A DNA stretch of 64,000 nucleotides from Bryobacteraceae bacterium. GTDB taxonomy: Bacteria > Acidobacteriota > Terriglobia > Bryobacterales > Bryobacteraceae. Made by a program: the position numbers and the translations under genes. Shown piece after piece: positions 58,764 to 64,000 of the stretch (positions are counted from its first letter, which is position 1; every line of letters begins with the position of its first letter). The notes under the pieces are model-generated. The model was not told where the DNA came from. It worked only from the letters and a program-made list of their open reading frames with translations, and did no database searches. The stretch covers positions 6,744,804-6,808,803 of the forward strand of contig OZ255834.1 in the NCBI GenBank assembly GCA_965277555.1. Reading direction: 5' to 3'.

Positions 58764-61700
58764 CACAACGAGCGCTGACGGAAGAGTTGATCGAAGACGC
58801 TGTCGTGGGCTTGCTAAAGTCCCTTGGCGTCCCGACCCGCCGTGGACAGCAACTTGACGAGGCCGCAGAACGTGCGGATGTCACGGCAACCTGGCAGCAG
58901 AAACGACTAAGCGCGGCAGTTCAGCGGCTCAATCCCCAGCTTTCACACGACGCACGCGAGCACGTCGCACGCGTCTTAAGCCGGCCGCCGCATCCGTCGC
59001 TGATCCAGAACAATCGCTGGTTCCACGACCTGCTCACCAACGGCTTGGCGGTCGAGTATAAGGACACCGAGACCGGCGAAACCCGCGGCGGCCGTGCCCG
59101 GCTGATCGACTTCGACAACCCTGCCAATAACGACTTCCTTGTCGTCCGGCAGCTCACGATTGCTGGGGCAAACGGTAAGACGATTCGGCCAGACCTGGTG
59201 CTGTACGTCAACGGCCTGCCGCTCGTCGTGATCGAGCTGAAGGACCCGGCCAACACCGCGGCAGATCTCAATGTCGCGATCGACCAACTCGGGCGGTACA
59301 AGACGATCGCGCCGGACTTGTTCGTGCCGAACCTGCTGCTGGTCGCCAGCGACGGGCTGCTGACGCGGGTGGGGAGCATCACCAGCGGGCGGCAGCGGTT
59401 CATGCCGTGGCGTCCGGCGGCGGGCGGTGAGCCAACGCTGGAGGCGCTGATCCGCGAGCTGCTGAACCCCGCGGCGCTGCTGGACTACCTGCGGTCGTGC
59501 GTGGCGTTCGAAGAGGACGAGCGGGGGAATATCGTCAAGAAGGTGGCGGGGTATCACCAGTTCCGGGCGGTGTGCCAGGCGCGGGAAAAGGTCATCGCTG
59601 CGCAGGCGCTCACTACGGAAGCGTTGGTGCAGAAAACAAAGTCAGGCATCGAGTACAACGGGAGACCGGGTGGCGTGGTCTGGCACACGCAGGGCAGCGG
59701 CAAGAGCCTGACGATGCTGATGCTGGCGGGCACGCTGGTGCGGGCAGCGGAGATGGCGAACCCGACCGTGGTGATCGTCACCGATCGCAACGACCTGGAC
59801 GACCAGCTCTTCGACACGTTCGCGATGGGCCGGGCGCTGCTGCGGCAGGACCCGGTGCAGGCGGACAGCCGCGAGCACTTGCGGCAGTTGCTCGACCGGG
59901 CGAGCGGCGGCGTGGTGTTCACGACCATCCACAAGTTCACTGAGGCGCACGGCACAATCAGCGAGCGGGCGAACGTCGTTGTGATGGCGGACGAGGCGCA
60001 CCGCAGCCAGTACGGCTTCGTCGATGGCGGCGCGCGCTGGATGCGCGAGGCGCTGCCGAACGCGACGTTCGTCGGGTTCACCGGCACGCCACTGACGGCG
60101 GGCGACCGGGTGACGCGGCACGTCTTCGGCGACTACGCCGACGTCTACGACATCCGCCAGGCGGTAGCTGACGGCGCGACGGTGCCGATCTACTACGAGC
60201 CGCGGATCGTGAAGCTGACGATTGACGAGGCCGGCGCAAAGGCGGCGGAGGCCCAGATTGCGGAGAAGATCGCGGAGTATGCGACCCGCGACGAGAACGG
60301 GCGCGAGACTCCGGAGAACATTCGCATTCCGCTCGAAGAGCTGTACGGCGCCCCCGAGCGGCTGGAGCGGGTGGCGAAGTTCGTCGTTGAGCATTGGGAA
60401 GAGCGCCGCGCCGCGATGGAAGGCAAGGCGATGATCGTGACGATGAGCCGCGACATCGCCGCCCGGCTATACGACGAAATCCGCAAGCTCCGCCCGGCGT
60501 GGCACGAGGAAGACGACGCGAAGGGCGCGATGAAAGTGGTTATGACCGGAGGGGCGGATGATCCCAAGCACATCGCGCGGCACGTGCGGAGCAAGGCGCA
60601 GCGGAAGGCGCTGGCCGACCGCTTCAAGGACCCGGCCGACGACTTCCGGCTGGCGATCGTGGTGGACATGTGGCTGACGGGCTTCGACGTGCCCAGCGCG
60701 CACACGATGTACCTGGACAAGCCGCTGGCCGGGCACAACCTGATGCAGGCGATCGCCCGCGTGAACCGCGTCTACGGCGAGAAACCGGGCGGGCTGATCG
60801 TCGATTTGATCGGACTGGCCGACCCGCTGGCCGATGCGCTGGCGACGTATGCGAACGCAACCGGGGAGACGGACAAACCGGTCAAGGAGCTGCAGGACGA
60901 GGCGATCCCGGCGATGCGGTCGGCGTTCGAGCAACTGCGGGCGTTCTTCCACGGCTGCGATTATGCGGCGGCGCTGGAAGCGGAGCCGGCGAACGTTCTG
61001 CGGGTGTATCTGGGCGCGATCGACCACGTGCTGGACGTGAAGCACAACGTCGGGGAGGAAACTGGCTGGCAGCGGTTCCGCGGAATGGTCAAGGGGCTGG
61101 CAACGGCGTTCGCGCTGGCCGTGCCGCGGGACGAGACGCGGGAGGTTGCGCCGCACCTGGCGTTCTTCCAGCGCGTGGCGGCGATGATTCGCAAGCGGCT
61201 CGCCGACGAGGCGGGGCCGACTTCGGGCGGCTCGGATGCCGGCCCCGATTCCAGATCGTCCGACATCGACGCAGCCGTAAGGCAGGTCATCGGCGGCGTG
61301 GTGGAGGCGGGCGAGGTAATCGATTTGTTCGCCGCAGCCGGCCTTGACGCGGCACGGCTGGACATCCTCAGCGACGAATTTCTGGAGCGGGTGTCGGCGC
61401 TAGAGCAGAAGAACCTCGCGCTCGAGACGCTGCGGAAGCTGCTCAACGACCAGATCAAGATCAGCGAGCGCACCAATCTCGTGCAGGCCCAGAAGTTCCG
61501 CGAGGCATTGGAAAAGGCGATGCTCGGCTACACGAACAAGCAGATTTCCACGGCCCAAATGATCGCGCACCTTCTGGAGTTGGCGAAATGGGTCCGCGAG
61601 GCCAAGCGACACGGGGAGGAGCTTGGCCTCAGCGAGGAGGAGACGGCGTTTTACGACGCCCTGGCGGAGAACGGGTCGGCCAAAGAGGTGATGAAGTCCG

Positions 61701-61909
61701 ATCAGCTGCGTTTGATGGCCCGCGAACTGGCGGAGACGGTCAAAAAGATGCCCAAGCTCGACTGGACGCAGCGGGAGAGCGTGCGGGCAGACCTGCGGCG
61801 GAAAGTCCGCCGGCTGCTGGCGATGTACGGCTACCCACCAGACCTCTCGGAGGACGCAACCCAGCTTGTGCTCAAGCAGGCAGCGTTGTCGACGGAGTAT
61901 GCCAGGTGA
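58760..61909 (+). CDS. hsdR: Type I restriction endonuclease subunit R
   Basis: GTGA overlap with the DUF5615 gene. N-terminal nuclease domain (PDLVLYVNGLPLVVIELK), Walker A HTQGSGKSLTM, DEAH box VVMADEAHRSQ, and a C-terminal AFYDAL...YGYPPD region. Confidence 0.95.
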   Translation: MTQRALTEELIEDAVVGLLKSLGVPTRRGQQLDEAAERADVTATWQQKRLSAAVQRLNPQLSHDAREHVARVLSRPPHPSLIQNNRWFHDLLTNGLAVEYKDTETGETRGGRARLIDFDNPANNDFLVVRQLTIAGANGKTIRPDLVLYVNGLPLVVIELKDPANTAADLNVAIDQLGRYKTIAPDLFVPNLLLVASDGLLTRVGSITSGRQRFMPWRPAAGGEPTLEALIRELLNPAALLDYLRSCVAFEEDERGNIVKKVAGYHQFRAVCQAREKVIAAQALTTEALVQKTKSGIEYNGRPGGVVWHTQGSGKSLTMLMLAGTLVRAAEMANPTVVIVTDRNDLDDQLFDTFAMGRALLRQDPVQADSREHLRQLLDRASGGVVFTTIHKFTEAHGTISERANVVVMADEAHRSQYGFVDGGARWMREALPNATFVGFTGTPLTAGDRVTRHVFGDYADVYDIRQAVADGATVPIYYEPRIVKLTIDEAGAKAAEAQIAEKIAEYATRDENGRETPENIRIPLEELYGAPERLERVAKFVVEHWEERRAAMEGKAMIVTMSRDIAARLYDEIRKLRPAWHEEDDAKGAMKVVMTGGADDPKHIARHVRSKAQRKALADRFKDPADDFRLAIVVDMWLTGFDVPSAHTMYLDKPLAGHNLMQAIARVNRVYGEKPGGLIVDLIGLADPLADALATYANATGETDKPVKELQDEAIPAMRSAFEQLRAFFHGCDYAAALEAEPANVLRVYLGAIDHVLDVKHNVGEETGWQRFRGMVKGLATAFALAVPRDETREVAPHLAFFQRVAAMIRKRLADEAGPTSGGSDAGPDSRSSDIDAAVRQVIGGVVEAGEVIDLFAAAGLDAARLDILSDEFLERVSALEQKNLALETLRKLLNDQIKISERTNLVQAQKFREALEKAMLGYTNKQISTAQMIAHLLELAKWVREAKRHGEELGLSEEETAFYDALAENGSAKEVMKSDQLRLMARELAETVKKMPKLDWTQRESVRADLRRKVRRLLAMYGYPPDLSEDATQLVLKQAALSTEYAR

Positions 61910-62030
61910 CGCGGCTACGGACGCCTCTTCGGAGGGGCGAACGACAGCATGCGGCGGACGGCGCTCCGCACTGCTGCCGCCCGAATCAGGAACGACAAGT
62001 CTTCGCTGAATGAGGAGCCAGAGAAATAGC

Positions 62031-62372
62031 TTATTTCAGTCGATCGAGAACGAGGACGCCGAGCTCGGGATCTGCCGCAAACTCGGTTATTCGCACAGCC
62101 TCACGTCGAAGTAGGTGTTCGGCGTCCCTAGTCGGGTGTCGCCAACGCCGGAGCCATATCACTTTAGGAGGTGGACCCAGTGTCGCTGCAAGTTCGTAGA
62201 AGTCGGCATCGGTAGTCACAATGATGAACCGTTCTCGTTGAGCGAATTTCCAGATGTCGCGATCCGGTTGTTGCAGGAGATCGAAATCGACGACGTGCGC
62301 GGAGCGAAGATAGAGTTCACTCAGACGCGGAACGAGTTTGCGCGATAGATTTTCGTCAAACAGCAACTTCAC
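62031..62372 (-). CDS. DUF5615 (Mut7-C/PIN-like) protein, pair 2
   Basis: MKLLFDENLSRKLVPRL...RFIIVTTDADF. Confidence 0.75.
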   Translation of the reverse strand: MKLLFDENLSRKLVPRLSELYLRSAHVVDFDLLQQPDRDIWKFAQRERFIIVTTDADFYELAATLGPPPKVIWLRRWRHPTRDAEHLLRREAVRITEFAADPELGVLVLDRLK

Positions 62373-62578
62373 AGAGCGACGCGCCTGCCCAAACGGGCAG
62401 CGAACTCATAGACAGCGCGAAAGTCGGCGGCTTCCAGCTCAGGATAGTCGTCCAGAATTTCCTGCTCGGTCATGCCCGCGGCGAGCCAACTCAATACGTC
62501 CCACACAGTGATACGCAGACCGCGAAGACACGGCTGGCCAGAGCGTTTTCCGGCCTCGATCGTAATTCGATCGGTCAT
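62369..62578 (-). CDS. DUF433 protein, pair 2
   Basis: ATG 62578 gives MTDRITIEAGKRSGQPCLRGLRITVWDVLSWLAAGMTEQEILDDYPELEAADFRAVYEFA. GTGA overlap with the downstream DUF5615 gene. The track start 62779 is an extension. Confidence 0.8.
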   Translation of the reverse strand: MTDRITIEAGKRSGQPCLRGLRITVWDVLSWLAAGMTEQEILDDYPELEAADFRAVYEFAARLGRRVAL

Positions 62579-62760
62579 GACGCGAGGATAACATCGCCAG
62601 AAATTGCGTGGTAGGGCCGAGATGCCGGCTTTGCGCCGGACGCTTGCGCGGGATTCCCACGTTCCCCGTTGGAATTTCTTCGGTAAAGGCCGTTTTCGTT
62701 CTTGGCAGGGAAGAGTGATGAGAGCGGCGACGAGCCCTCCCGGATCTCCGATACCTTGCC

Positions 62761-62865
62761 GCCGTGTGCTTGAAATCATCCGCTCTTCCGAAAACGGATG
62801 CGATCACGCTGCACGATCCACAACTCGCCCGCGGGACTTCGTTGCCGCACGACTGGTGTGATCCG
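62761..62865. repeat. Direct repeat copy A (105 nt), matching 63896-64000
   Basis: Hand alignment shows about nine mismatches over 105 nt. It covers the 3' end of a DUF5615-like gene plus about 15 nt downstream. Confidence 0.8.
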
Positions 62866-63126
62866 GCGCAGGAGAGACACCACAGTCGCTTTGTCCTGTC
62901 TGTTCGAACGTAGTACGATGATGCCGGCATATCGATCTGGCGGATATGCTTGAATATTCGCAAAATCCAGGTCCAGCGTGACAAACACCCGGCCTTTGTG
63001 CTGCGCATTATGCGCGAGAAGCTCGTCTGTAACGCCCGACAAAGCCTCCTCGAAAACCGTGTCGTCGTCAAAACCGGCCTTTTGCAACGTTGTGGCAGCT
63101 TCGAAGGTTTTCGTCGAGCTTCCATT

Positions 63127-63130
<4 letters not shown>
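62776..63130 (-). pseudogene. DUF5615-like gene, pair 3, disrupted by a single-base frameshift near the N-terminus
   Basis: The track ORF 62776..63087 lacks the family N-terminus. The missing (L)KWKLDENL is encoded just upstream in another frame, from TTG 63130, which overlaps the DUF433 stop as TTGA. The span is 355 nt, 3n+1. The shift lies near the A4 run at 63108-63111. Confidence 0.65.
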
Positions 63131-63379
<249 letters not shown>

Positions 63380-63412
63380 TTAGGAAAGATGTAATCTGAA
63401 TCGAGAGGCAGT

Positions 63413-63613
63413 ATGAGCCGCGTCGAGCAAATCGAGGGACAAATCAAGAAGCTGGAGGAGGATGAGCTCCGAGCGCTTCGAGAGTGGTTCGCGCAATACG
63501 ACGCCGAGGTTTGGGACAGGCAGATTGAAGCCGATGCGGAGAATGGCAAACTGACCGCGCTAGCCGCCCGTTCACTAAGAGACCATGAGAACGATCGTTC
63601 GACTGAGTTGTGA
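63413..63613 (+). CDS. Type II antitoxin (small helical addiction-module component)
   Basis: 66-aa charged helical protein (EQIEGQIKKLEEDELRALREWF). Its stop overlaps the toxin start (GTGA). Confidence 0.6.
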   Translation: MSRVEQIEGQIKKLEEDELRALREWFAQYDAEVWDRQIEADAENGKLTALAARSLRDHENDRSTEL

Positions 63614-63864
63614 AGCATTATGCGGCTCCTGAGTTCTGGACCAAATACCGGGTTTTACCAGTTGAGGTCCGACGGTTGGCGGACAAAGCTTTCGAGCTTC
63701 TGAAGGGCGATCCTTACCATCCATCGCTCCACTTCAAAAAGGCCGGCCGCTTCTGGTCGGCACGTATTGGGCTACGACATCGCGCGCTAGCTGTCGAAGT
63801 ACCTGACGGCGTGCTTTGGTTTTGGATTGGTACTCACTCGGACTATGACAGCATTTTGCGGTGA
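63610..63864 (+). CDS. RelE/ParE superfamily toxin
   Basis: 84 aa. ...LPVEVRRLADKAFELLKGDPYHPSLHFKKAGRFWSARIGLRHRALAVEVPDGVLWFWIGTHSDYDSI fits the RelE/ParE fold pattern. Confidence 0.65.
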   Translation: MKHYAAPEFWTKYRVLPVEVRRLADKAFELLKGDPYHPSLHFKKAGRFWSARIGLRHRALAVEVPDGVLWFWIGTHSDYDSILR

Positions 63865-63895
63865 TTCCCGGCTGCGGACCGCAAGGCGTTTCGAT

Positions 63896-64000
63896 GCCGT
63901 GTGGTTGAAATCAGCCGCTCTTCCGAAAACGGATGCGATCGCGCTGCACGATCCACAACTCGCCCACGGGACTTCGTTCCTGCAGGACTGGCGTGATCCG
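63896..64000. repeat. Direct repeat copy B (runs to window edge)
   Basis: See copy A. The similarity may continue past nt 64000. Confidence 0.8.
63911..64000 (-). CDS. 3' end of a further DUF5615-like gene (continues beyond window)
   Basis: The reverse complement reads RITPVLQERSPVGELWIVQRDRIRFRKSG-stop, paralogous to the C-terminus of the 62776 gene (RITPVVRQRSPAGELWIVQRDRIRFRKSG). Confidence 0.6.
   Translation of the reverse strand, partial: RITPVLQERSPVGELWIVQRDRIRFRKSG

Noticed and set aside
61910-62030. Possible terminator hairpin after hsdR (CGCCTCTTCGGAGGGGCG)
   Set aside because: The stem is short and imperfect and there is no following T-run, so support is not strong enough to call it.

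Overview
This is a 64-kb chromosomal window, moderately GC-rich and densely coding, with about 60 genes. All family calls come from reading motifs in the supplied translations; nothing was searched. The gene content suggests an Acidobacteriota (Terriglobia-like) genome (inference): PadR of the acidobacterial type, VWA proteins of the acidobacterial type, a PmoA-like protein with a Gfo/Idh/MocA partner, and Tat-signal enzymes.

Layout, left to right:
- 2-3154: the 3' part of a very large uncharacterised protein whose start lies outside the window.
- 3.2-6.1 kb: small housekeeping and regulatory genes.
- 6339-8199: an IS1182-family element with roughly 60-bp terminal inverted repeats and a split transposase.
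- 8.2-16.8 kb: YceH-like, a nuclease-like pair, YggS, a CocE/NonD hydrolase, a GT9-like protein, a PAS histidine kinase and a phosphatase.
- 16.8-26.6 kb: a tightly coupled glycan or modification cluster. It holds a methyltransferase, a TIM-barrel hydrolase, two SDR epimerases, a B12-binding radical SAM enzyme, a GT4 and three tandem CgeB-like paralogues.
- 28272-28345: tRNA-Gln(CUG).
- 28.4-30.8 kb: a three-gene operon of sortase, VWA protein and a candidate substrate carrying an LPHTA-type C-terminal signal.
- 31-53.7 kb: ppgK, tatA/tatC, a PmoA-like protein, an M48 peptidase, ppa, gdh, vapBC, mutS, anmK, a treS-mak fusion, a GT1 and an actinobacterial-style fused E2-E1 Kgd.
- 53.8-64 kb: an apparent defence and toxin-antitoxin island. 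It contains a G-quadruplex-prone tract and a type I R-M operon (hsdM-hsdS-hsdR) with a DUF433/DUF5615 pair inserted between hsdS and hsdR. It also holds two more DUF433/DUF5615 pairs (one carrying single-base frameshifts in both genes), a RelE/ParE-type pair and a fourth DUF5615-like gene cut by the window edge.

I saw no rRNA genes and no CRISPR array.
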